From: Candidatus Omnitrophota bacterium
GTDB taxonomy: Bacteria; Omnitrophota; Gorgyraeia; Zapsychrales; Zapsychraceae
Direction of reading: 5' to 3'
Assembly: GCA_029568545.1 (NCBI GenBank)
Contig: JAKQAH010000165.1
Location: 1-52,368 of the forward strand
Length of the DNA: 52,368 bases
Shown here: piece by piece, positions 9,665-17,220 of the stretch
Layout: each line of letters starts with the position of its first letter
Position numbering within the stretch: the stretch's first letter is position 1
Notes under the pieces: generated by a model
Database searches by the model: none
What the model saw: the letters and a program-made list of their open reading frames with translations, nothing else
What the model was told of the DNA's origin: nothing
Made by a program: the position numbers and the translations under genes

Positions 9665-10437
9665 AGAGACAATATTGGTTGGTTTTTATTCTTTGGACCG
9701 CAATGCTTTTGCAGGGCTGCACGACGGAATACAATCTTGCGACGCGCCGGGAGGAGTCTCTGTTTTACGGCACCGAGAAGGAAGTTAAGATCGGGGAAGC
9801 CATTGCGCCGAAGATCGAGGAGGAATATGCCATTCTTTCCGATATTGATGTTAATGAACGTGTCGAGACTATTCTCGCCCGCATCGCAGCTGTTTGTGAT
9901 CGCAAAGACCTAGTTTATTTCATCAAGGTTTTGGACGACGATCCCATCAACGCCGTTAGCCTTCCCGGCGGCTATGTTTATGTGTTCCGGGGCCTTATTG
10001 AGAAAGTAGGCAGCGATGACGAATTGGCCGGGGTCATTGCCCACGAGGTGGGCCACATTACCGCGCGCCACGGCGTCAAGCGCATGCAGGCTGCGTATGC
10101 CGCGATGGTTCTGCAGGTGGCGTCTATCCCGGCTGGCGGGCGTGTTGCCAGCGGCGTCAATCTCGCGATCAATTCGATGTTCATGGAATATTCCCAGGAA
10201 GACGAGTTTGAAGCCGACCGCCTCGCCGTCAAATATTTAAAAAAAGCCGGGTATGATCCCCGGGCCATGGTGACATTCTTTGAGAAGCTTAAGGTCGAAA
10301 AAGATAAAGAGCCGCTGAGGCAGTATAGTTATTGGCGGACGCACCCATATCTTTCGCAAAGGATCGCCGTTGTGAATCAGGAGGTCAGCGGCAAGCTGGA
10401 GTTCCGGGATTATTTAAATCTTACGGTTAATAACTGA
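9661..10437 (+). CDS. M48 family zinc metalloprotease, putative lipoprotein
   Basis: ATG at 9661 overlaps the maf stop (ATGA). Lipobox LLQGC, LPGGYVYVFRGL and zinc motif HEVGHITARH with a downstream E. Confidence 0.85.
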   Translation: MKRQYWLVFILWTAMLLQGCTTEYNLATRREESLFYGTEKEVKIGEAIAPKIEEEYAILSDIDVNERVETILARIAAVCDRKDLVYFIKVLDDDPINAVSLPGGYVYVFRGLIEKVGSDDELAGVIAHEVGHITARHGVKRMQAAYAAMVLQVASIPAGGRVASGVNLAINSMFMEYSQEDEFEADRLAVKYLKKAGYDPRAMVTFFEKLKVEKDKEPLRQYSYWRTHPYLSQRIAVVNQEVSGKLEFRDYLNLTVNN

Positions 10438-10438
10438 T

Positions 10439-10882
10439 ATGCGCAAGCGAACGATAATTTTCGGTATCATTTTTATCTTTATCGTCGGGTTATCAGCTTA
10501 TTTCTTGCTGATTGACGGCAAAATAAAGGAAGTTTGTTTCTATGACCGCTGTTTTTTTGTCGAAGTTGCCGAGACGCCGGACGAACGGGCGAAAGGCTTA
10601 CAGTTCCGTACATCTCTGGGAGCCAACGAAGGCATGTTGTTTATTTTTTCGTCGCCCCAGAGGCAAAGTTTTTGGATGAAAGATACGTTGATTCCCCTCG
10701 ATATCATTTGGATGGACGTTACGAAGCGCATTGTCTTTCTGATTCCTCATATTCTGCCTTGCGCAACGGAAAAGTGTCCGGTCTATACGCCGGACGCAGA
10801 CGCAAAATATGTCTTGGAGGTCAATGCTGGCGTTGCGGTGGAAATGGGGCTCAGCGTCGGGGATCAGGCCGTCTTTCGGTAG
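10439..10882 (+). CDS. DUF192 domain-containing protein
   Basis: N-terminal TM segment, then ERAKGLQFR...GMLFIF...FWMKDTLIPLDIIWMD, which matches the DUF192 pattern. Confidence 0.75.
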   Translation: MRKRTIIFGIIFIFIVGLSAYFLLIDGKIKEVCFYDRCFFVEVAETPDERAKGLQFRTSLGANEGMLFIFSSPQRQSFWMKDTLIPLDIIWMDVTKRIVFLIPHILPCATEKCPVYTPDADAKYVLEVNAGVAVEMGLSVGDQAVFR

Positions 10883-10887
10883 GTTTT

Positions 10888-12309
10888 TTATTTTTTCGGC
10901 CGATAAATGTGGGTGGCCAGGCCGAAGAAACTTTCCGCGCTTTCCATGAGCGTTTCCGAGAGCGTCGGGTGAGGATGGATGCAGGTTTTAAGGTCTTTTG
11001 CGGTTGCGCCCATTTCGATCGCCAAAACTCCCTCCGCGATCAATTCTCCGGCGCCAGGTCCAACAATACCAACTCCCAATATTTTTTCCGTATCAGGTTC
11101 AACGATCAGCTTTGTCATCCCATCCGTTTGTCCCAATGTCAACGCCCGTCCCGAGGCAACCCAGGGGAATTTTGCGACTTTAATATTGCGATCCTCGGCT
11201 TTCGCCTGAGTTTCCGTCAGCCCGCACCAAGCAAGTTCCGGGTCTGTAAAGACTACAGAAGGGATAGCCTTCGGTTCGAAAATGCTTTTGCGCCCGGCGA
11301 TCGATTCAGCCGCGACGAATGCTTCGTGCGAGGCCTTATGCGCGAGCATCGGGCTTCCGGTAACGTCGCCGACTGCGTAAAGGAACGGATCAGACGTCCG
11401 GCGATGGGCATCGACTTCGATAAATCCCTGCTTGGTGATCTTTACTTTTGTGTTTTCAAGGCCAAGATTGTCAGAATTGGGACGACGTCCGATGGCAACG
11501 AAAACTTTTTCATATTCCTTGGAGGAAGATTTTCCATTCTTATCTTCCAGAGTCACTTTCATTCCCGTGTTTGTTTCTTCAGCTTTAGTTATTTTTATCT
11601 CGACCGAGATCGACCCGAAAATGGTTTTCATCTTTTTTTCAGCGATTTGAACGAGGTCGCGGTCGGCGCCTGTCAGGATCTGCGGCAAGATCTCGATCAC
11701 ATCCACCGTACTTCCTAATCGCGCATAGGCGGTTCCCAGTTCAAGCCCGATGTATCCGCCACCGATCAGTAGCATAGTTTTCGGGATATCGATCAGTTTC
11801 AAGGCGCTGGTGGAATCCAGAATACGCGGGGAATCCGGCAGGGCAGGAAGTGAATTTACGCGGGAGCCCGTGGCGATGATCGCGTTGTCGAAAGAAATCG
11901 TTTGATGGGAACCATCTGGTCTTTTAATTGTAACGGTACGGGAAGCAAGGAATGTGGCTTTGCCTTGAATGAAATCTATTTTTCGCTGTTTGCAAAGCTG
12001 GCCTAATCCGTTGGTCAGCTTTGTCACGATGCTTTCTTTCCATCGGCGCAATTGATCAAGATCGATCTTCGGCTCGCCGAAATCGATACCGATCTTTTTG
12101 GCTTCGCGCGATTCCGAAATTAATCTTGCGGCATGAAGAAGGGCTTTCGAAGGAATGCATCCTTGATAGAGGCAAACTCCGCCGGGATTAGGAGCTGTGT
12201 CTACGATGGTGACTTGCAGGCCGAGGTCAGCAGCCCGGAACGCGGCCGGATATCCGCCCGGCCCGCCGCCGATGATGAGAAGCTGTGTGTGGTTTTGTTT
12301 GGGATTCAT
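10888..12309 (-). CDS. lpdA: dihydrolipoyl dehydrogenase
   Basis: FAD motif IIGGGPGGY, redox-active disulfide GGVCLYQGCIPSK, NAD motif GGGYIGLE and C-terminal HPHPTLSE. No E1/E2 genes are adjacent. Confidence 0.9.
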   Translation of the reverse strand: MNPKQNHTQLLIIGGGPGGYPAAFRAADLGLQVTIVDTAPNPGGVCLYQGCIPSKALLHAARLISESREAKKIGIDFGEPKIDLDQLRRWKESIVTKLTNGLGQLCKQRKIDFIQGKATFLASRTVTIKRPDGSHQTISFDNAIIATGSRVNSLPALPDSPRILDSTSALKLIDIPKTMLLIGGGYIGLELGTAYARLGSTVDVIEILPQILTGADRDLVQIAEKKMKTIFGSISVEIKITKAEETNTGMKVTLEDKNGKSSSKEYEKVFVAIGRRPNSDNLGLENTKVKITKQGFIEVDAHRRTSDPFLYAVGDVTGSPMLAHKASHEAFVAAESIAGRKSIFEPKAIPSVVFTDPELAWCGLTETQAKAEDRNIKVAKFPWVASGRALTLGQTDGMTKLIVEPDTEKILGVGIVGPGAGELIAEGVLAIEMGATAKDLKTCIHPHPTLSETLMESAESFFGLATHIYRPKK

Positions 12310-12382
12310 AAAAAGGATTTTTTAAGGCTGGCGATCCCCAGGCTCTGAGAAATCTAAGAGGCCCGGCACCAATAATATTAAA

Positions 12383-12466
12383 TGCCGGGAGAGAGGGTCG
12401 AACTCTCATAGGGTTGCCCCTACACGCCCCTGAAACGTGCGCGTCTACCAATTTCGCCATCCCGGC
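12383..12466 (-). tRNA. tRNA-Leu (anticodon CAG)
   Basis: The reverse complement folds as a class II tRNA. Acceptor GCCGGGA/TCCCGGC; anticodon arm CACGT-TTCAGGG-GCGTG. Long variable arm TAGGG-GCAA-CCCTA; T arm GAGAG-TTCGACC-CTCTC. CCA is not encoded. Confidence 0.85.
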
Positions 12467-12476
12467 AGTGAACTCA

Positions 12477-12505
12477 AGTATACCGAGAATGAGTTTTACT
12501 GTCAA
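12477..12505 (-). promoter_or_regulatory. sigma70-like promoter for tRNA-Leu
   Basis: On the minus strand: TTGACA, 17-nt spacer, TATACT. It ends about 10 nt upstream of the mature tRNA 5' end. Confidence 0.55.
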
Positions 12506-12552
12506 TTAATTTAGCTACGGGAATTTCGATTTATGCTATAATCTTTGCCGTT

Positions 12553-13011
12553 ATGGGCCAGACGATCGCAACTAATAAAAAAGCTTACCGAGACTATTTT
12601 TTCTCCGACCAATGGGAATGCGGCATTGAGCTCAAAGGGGGAGAGGTTAAGTCTATCCGCGCAGGAAATGTAAATTTTAAAGACGCTTACGCCCAGGTGG
12701 AAAAAGGAGAAGTCGTTCTCCATAATCTGCACATCGAGCCGTATAAACAGGCTAGCTATCTTAACGAGGAAGCTGACCGGCCGCGCAAACTTCTCCTGCA
12801 TAAAAGAGAGATCCGCAAGATCCTCAGCACGGTGATGCAGAAAAATGTAACGCTTGTTCCCACGAAAGTTTATTTCAATAACCGCGGCTTTGTTAAAGTT
12901 GAGATCGCGTTTGGAACCGGCAAGAAACGCTATGACAAGCGGGCAACGATCCAGAAAAGAGGCATTGAGCGCGACCTGAAGCGGGCCATTAAGAATCGAA
13001 AGAATGGATAA
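12553..13011 (+). CDS. smpB: SsrA-binding protein
   Basis: NKKAYRDYF...ELKGGEVKSIR...LLLHKREI is the canonical SmpB pattern. An extended -10 (TGCTATAAT) ends only about 10 nt before the ATG and there is no SD. Confidence 0.95.
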   Translation: MGQTIATNKKAYRDYFFSDQWECGIELKGGEVKSIRAGNVNFKDAYAQVEKGEVVLHNLHIEPYKQASYLNEEADRPRKLLLHKREIRKILSTVMQKNVTLVPTKVYFNNRGFVKVEIAFGTGKKRYDKRATIQKRGIERDLKRAIKNRKNG

Positions 13012-13118
13012 AGACGAACTCTATTTATTGTAGGAAGCTTATGAAAAGGCTATAGCAAAGAAGTATTGTTTTCATAGTTGTTGTAATTGTATCTTGATAA
13101 TTTGAAAGAAGAAGATAA

Positions 13119-13427
13119 ATGAAGAAGTTTACAAAAGGACAGCTAATATTTGTATTGATATACCCGATTATTAGTTTGATTTTGTTCTGTTGGTGGATTT
13201 TTTTAAACTTCAAAGCTGAAACCGATACTATTGCTCAGGAGTTTCTACGGTTGGCAGCTCCAGTAATGACGGTTATTTGTTATGTTCCATATTTGATGGG
13301 TTACTTTTTACGCGGATTATTTTCTTCTCATCTTCACTGGGCGGTGCAGTATTTTTTGGCGATTGTTTATAATTTTCTTTTAGGGTTTATTTTTGTCATT
13401 ACGTATAAGAAAATTCGTAATCGCTAA
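13119..13427 (+). CDS. hypothetical small membrane protein (3 predicted TM segments)
   Basis: 102-aa ORF inside a markedly AT-rich stretch, with hydrophobic segments and a purine-rich tract upstream. I recognise no family. Confidence 0.4.
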   Translation: MKKFTKGQLIFVLIYPIISLILFCWWIFLNFKAETDTIAQEFLRLAAPVMTVICYVPYLMGYFLRGLFSSHLHWAVQYFLAIVYNFLLGFIFVITYKKIRNR

Positions 13428-13541
13428 AACTTATGTTTAAAACTAAAACTCGAGATAAATCGAGACTGGCCTATTTATTGATTTGCCTGTTGGCCGAGCA
13501 TCATATATAATTACTCTACGACTTTTGCTCTTTTATAACTT

Positions 13542-13935
13542 GGGGGTGACATGGTATCGACTTAAGATGTTGTTGTATAAGGCGCATGCCGAGGACGCCT
13601 GGTAGGCCTCGTAAATCATCTGGGCACAAACAAATGCAAACGATAATATCCTTGCACAAGCCAACGAGATCGTTAACCCGATCTTCGAGGCACAAACAGT
13701 CTTAGCTTAAAACTTAAGCTGAGCCCTTTTGCAGGCCATGCCTGTAGGTTTGCAAAAGGTCCTTAACAGGCTAGCCGCAGCTCCTGCCTGAGGGATTGCG
13801 GCGAATTCATAAGGCTGGTTCCGTCAGATTTTGTTTGTCGAAGCGGGCGGGATGAGACTAAAAGACAAACTAAGCATGTAGGGCCTTATGCGGAACTCTT
13901 CAAGGACGGCGGTTCGATTCCGCCCACCTCCACCA
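13542..13935 (+). ncRNA. ssrA: tmRNA (transfer-messenger RNA)
   Basis: 5' GGGGGTGACATGGTATCGAC and 3' GGACGGCGGTTCGATTCCGCCCACCTCCACCA form the tRNA-Ala-like domain. Internal tag frame GCA AAC GAT AAT ... TTA GCT TAA at 13636-13710 has its stop inside the hairpin AGCTTAA-AAC-TTAAGCT. smpB lies 0.5 kb upstream. Confidence 0.9.
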
Positions 13936-14110
13936 AGATATGAGGACGAGCCCATGGGGGCGAGTCCGAATTTTGGTGGTATTTTGATTTCCATAATTTA
14001 GGAAAAACAAAATGCCACCAAGATGAAAAACGGGCCCATAGAACGAGCCCGAATTTAAGTGGTCATTTGGTTGCCATAAAATCGAATAACCAAGTTGCCA
14101 CGATATAGAC
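13930..14110 (+). repeat. three degenerate direct repeats of about 83-85 bp, each starting with a copy of the ssrA 3' terminus
   Basis: CCACCAAGAT occurs at 13930-13939 (tmRNA 3' end) and 14015-14024; a degenerate copy GCCACGATAT is at 14097-14106. Units 1 and 2 also share the blocks GNGCCCATNG...CGAGNCCGAATTT...GTGGT...CCATAA. Confidence 0.6.
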
Positions 14111-14114
14111 GAAT

Positions 14115-14163
14115 GGGACGAACCCAAATTTGAAAGATTTGGATTCGTCCCATTTTTATTTTT
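14115..14163 (+). terminator. rho-independent terminator
   Basis: GGGACGAA-C-CCAAAT / loop TTGAAAG / ATTTGG-A-TTCGTCCC, followed by ATTTTTATTTTT. Confidence 0.7.
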
Positions 14164-14234
14164 GGGTTAAATTAGGCCTATTTTAACTAAAAGAGTTCTT
14201 TCAAAACTGTCCCGGTTAGTCCTAGTTTGGCATA

Positions 14235-14263
14235 TTGACATAAGAAACTCTGTCGTATATATT
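14235..14263 (+). promoter_or_regulatory. sigma70-like promoter upstream of the 455-aa secreted-protein gene
   Basis: TTGACA (14235-14240), 17-nt spacer, TATATT (14258-14263). Confidence 0.45.
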
Positions 14264-14298
14264 TACTATAAAAGAAAGCGCTTTCAAGAATCGTTTCT

Positions 14299-15666
14299 AT
14301 GAAAAGTATATTAATTTCAACCGTTATTATTATATCTGCCACATTCGGGTATGTTGAGGCCCAAGCAGCGCTCAATTTAAGCGTTGCTCCAATGGGGGGC
14401 GGCAACAGCTTGCGGTTCGGACGCATTGTCGGAGATGAAGAAGCTAGCCAAGAAGTCCGTATCCGCATTACTTCGACCGATACTGAGCAATATCAGATTT
14501 ATCAGCGCATGATCGATCCGTTTACTAACGATCGTGGCGTGACATTCAGCCGCGATATTCTCATGGGCTATACGCTGTTAGGTTCGAATGCTTCGGGCAC
14601 GCTCTATGCGCAGGCTCTGGAGCCTATTGGGCCTGCCGATCAGCTTCTTTACAGTTCCTCGCCTAACGGCGACAGCGATAGCTTCACGGTTGCCTATATG
14701 GTCCGCGGCAATGCGGTCACGGACTCGGGCAATTTCCTTGGCCGGCTTCAATACACGGCCAGGCCTGTTGGCGGGGCGGGGCAGGACGATGTCATTCTTA
14801 ATGTCACTTTTGAGGTTTCGGATGACCTCAAAGTTGAGATCAAGGGATCTTCGACGGCAAATACGGTCCGATTGAGGCTCAACGGCGATCAGGAAAGCGC
14901 AGGACATGTGCAGCTCAGTTTCCGTGAGAATCCAGGGCGGACGATTCGTTTCGTTCAGGACGTTCAAGGGCTTCCTCAGAATGCCTCTATGAATGAGATC
15001 CCGTCTGGGATGATTCTATTCGCAACATCGGGCAGCGCCAGCGGCGAGATGTATCCCGGCACCCCGACGCCGTTATCCCGGAGGGCCGAGGAGATCTATA
15101 GTTCGCAGGCTGCCGAAGACACATTCTATGTCCATTTTTTCCTGGATGAGACCATCCTCGAGCGGCAAGAGACGGGTGTTTACGCTGGAAGACTGAATTA
15201 TGCCGTCGAGGCGGGAACAATCCAAGAGCAAACCGTCATTGATCTGGAACTGACGGTTGATCCTGTTTTTGCGCTAAGCGTTGATCTTCCGCCGGATGGT
15301 TTGAGTTTCGAGCGGATCCTTCCGGACAGTCAGCCGGAACTACGCGACGTGAATGTTGCGGTCCGGTCCAATTTGGGGAAGCCCTACATGGTCACCCAGA
15401 GCGTTATTTCGCCTTTGACCAATGCGTCTGGCGACCAAATCCCAGCGGAATATTTTACGGTGAAGGTCGTTTTGCTTGAGGGGGAATCCGGCAAGAGCGG
15501 ATTCGGCGATTTTCAGCCCGTGCCCATCGAAGACCATCCGGTCTTCAGCTCGGATGCCTCAGGGACGCCTAGCCGTTTCAAAGTTGTTTACCGCCTTCGG
15601 CCGTTCAAGGAAATGGCCCCGGGCAGCTATGCAACGGCTGTACGGTTTTCCCTCGGGGAGATATAA
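14299..15666 (+). CDS. secreted protein with three tandem pilin-like (Ig-like beta-sandwich) domains, hypothetical
   Basis: Signal peptide ending VEA|QA. Three modules of about 145 aa start LNLSVAP..LRFGRIV, LKVEIKG..VRLRLNG and FALSVDLPPDGLSFERIL. They end GNFLGRLQYTARP, GVYAGRLNYAVEA and GSYATAVRFSLGE. That terminal G-x-Y-x-G-x-L-x-Y strand resembles the last strand of SCPU/DUF4402-type fimbrial subunits. Confidence 0.5.
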   Translation: MKSILISTVIIISATFGYVEAQAALNLSVAPMGGGNSLRFGRIVGDEEASQEVRIRITSTDTEQYQIYQRMIDPFTNDRGVTFSRDILMGYTLLGSNASGTLYAQALEPIGPADQLLYSSSPNGDSDSFTVAYMVRGNAVTDSGNFLGRLQYTARPVGGAGQDDVILNVTFEVSDDLKVEIKGSSTANTVRLRLNGDQESAGHVQLSFRENPGRTIRFVQDVQGLPQNASMNEIPSGMILFATSGSASGEMYPGTPTPLSRRAEEIYSSQAAEDTFYVHFFLDETILERQETGVYAGRLNYAVEAGTIQEQTVIDLELTVDPVFALSVDLPPDGLSFERILPDSQPELRDVNVAVRSNLGKPYMVTQSVISPLTNASGDQIPAEYFTVKVVLLEGESGKSGFGDFQPVPIEDHPVFSSDASGTPSRFKVVYRLRPFKEMAPGSYATAVRFSLGEI

Positions 15667-15726
15667 GTACAGGCAGTTTTAGGAATATAATAGGAAAAGC
15701 ATGCATTAACGAAAAGGAGGAAGAAG

Positions 15727-16362
15727 ATGAAAAAACAATGGTTAATTGTTGCTGCGACAGTGGCCTATGCGCTGATCATGGTTTCAGCCGGGTTCGCGCA
15801 AACTGTGCCAACGGAAGTCAGCTTTCCGATCACGGCGTATCTGCCGGCAGCGACGGGAGTCTCGATCGTCGCGACCAGAGTGGATGCTGACACGGACGAA
15901 TTTCTGAATACCGTGACGGCATTCAACTTTGGCACGCTCAGTCCCGTTAACGGCGTTTATCTGTCGGATTATTACTTTGCCGTTGACGTAGGGGTAACCA
16001 ATGGGGCTGGATCGACGAACATCACGCTGACCTATGAGGAAGGCCTGCCGCTGATCGAGGGCAATTCCCTCGGCTATAAGACAACAGCGGCCTTCTTTAC
16101 GATTAAGGGAGGGCCAGATCCGGAGGATCAGGTTCAAGAACCCATTTCGACGAGTGTGGGGACCAAGTCTCTTTTGATCGATCTCGAGGATCCGGGTGTC
16201 GATATCACGCCGGACGACCTGGATGGAGGGTTTTTCAGGGCTTATATCGGTATTTATCCGGGAGGGGATACAAGTCTTCCAAATGGAAAACCGTTTACGG
16301 CGGCTGATCAGGGCGGAACCACCTATAACGGCACCTTGATCGTTTCGGCGACTGTGGCATGA
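15727..16362 (+). CDS. secreted pilin-like protein, hypothetical
   Basis: Strong RBS AAAGGAGG and signal peptide ending GFA|QT. Single beta-rich domain ending TTYNGTLIVSATVA, the same terminal-strand pattern as the upstream gene. Confidence 0.5.
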   Translation: MKKQWLIVAATVAYALIMVSAGFAQTVPTEVSFPITAYLPAATGVSIVATRVDADTDEFLNTVTAFNFGTLSPVNGVYLSDYYFAVDVGVTNGAGSTNITLTYEEGLPLIEGNSLGYKTTAAFFTIKGGPDPEDQVQEPISTSVGTKSLLIDLEDPGVDITPDDLDGGFFRAYIGIYPGGDTSLPNGKPFTAADQGGTTYNGTLIVSATVA

Positions 16363-17174
16363 GCAAACGCAAAAAAATTCTGGGTATAGTCGTTGCTGTT
16401 GGAGCGATTCTCTGCGCTTGTGTTCCTGCGTGGGCCCAAGTGCTTTTGGAAGAAGGCAAAATCAGGACCAACGTCACTCCCGGTGAGAACATCACCGGGA
16501 AAGTGACGGTCCACAATACTTCCGATGCTCCCGTGAGCATGAAAGTTTATTGGGAGGATTTTGCCTACAAATCTCCTTATGACGGCTCCAAGGAATTCTT
16601 GCCCAAGGGAACGACGGACCATTCGCTGGCTAGCTGGGTGAATGTTCCGGTCAGCGTTCTCGATTTGCCTCCTTTTTCCAAAAAAGATGTTGCCTACATG
16701 GCCAATGTTCCCGAGGATTTGGACCGGGGGCATTATGGCGTGCTATTTTTTGAGAAGGCGAACGAGTCCCAATCGCCGGAGATGGGGATGAATATCATTT
16801 CCCGCGCCGGATGTTTGTTTTTCATCGAGCCTAAAAACAAGATCAAGCGGATCCGTCTGGACAATTTCCGTTTTACGGGAAAAGAATTGGCGGTAGATCT
16901 TACCAATCAGGGGAATGTCATCATTATTCCCAACGGCACATTTTATGTGATCGACCAGGAAGGGATGGTCTACGACCGAGGGGAGATCAAAAAGGTCTAT
17001 CTGCCGCCTGATAAGACGGCAGATTATATACTGACGTTCAATGCGGACATGGATCCCGGAACGTACACTCTTGTTATGACCCTGGATCTGGATGATAACG
17101 ACGTTGCCGTTAGGGAGATCGATTTCAGGAAAAGTTATCCGTCTGATTATACTGTTTTAACCGTAAGAGAATAA
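16359..17174 (+). CDS. periplasmic chaperone-like two-domain beta-sandwich protein, hypothetical
   Basis: Overlaps the upstream gene by ATGA. Signal peptide ends AWA|QV. GENITGKVTVHNTSDAPVSMKVYWEDF...HYGVLFFE resembles the first Ig-like domain of PapD-like/DUF916-type proteins. Confidence 0.4.
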   Translation: MSKRKKILGIVVAVGAILCACVPAWAQVLLEEGKIRTNVTPGENITGKVTVHNTSDAPVSMKVYWEDFAYKSPYDGSKEFLPKGTTDHSLASWVNVPVSVLDLPPFSKKDVAYMANVPEDLDRGHYGVLFFEKANESQSPEMGMNIISRAGCLFFIEPKNKIKRIRLDNFRFTGKELAVDLTNQGNVIIIPNGTFYVIDQEGMVYDRGEIKKVYLPPDKTADYILTFNADMDPGTYTLVMTLDLDDNDVAVREIDFRKSYPSDYTVLTVRE

Positions 17175-17220
17175 TCTGTGCCCAGAGTATTTCATTCTAT
17201 CGTGGAGAGTATAGCCTACG

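Noticed and set aside
10672-11718. 348-aa ORF on the + strand
   Set aside because: It lies entirely antisense to the clearly recognisable lpdA gene. Its composition is odd (R/F/C-rich) and I see no motifs, so it is a shadow ORF.
12536-12555. smpB as a leaderless or near-leaderless mRNA (TGCTATAAT ends about 10 nt before the ATG, with no SD)
   Set aside because: It is plausible, but it rests on a single promoter-like match. It is noted in the smpB feature evidence rather than raised as a finding.
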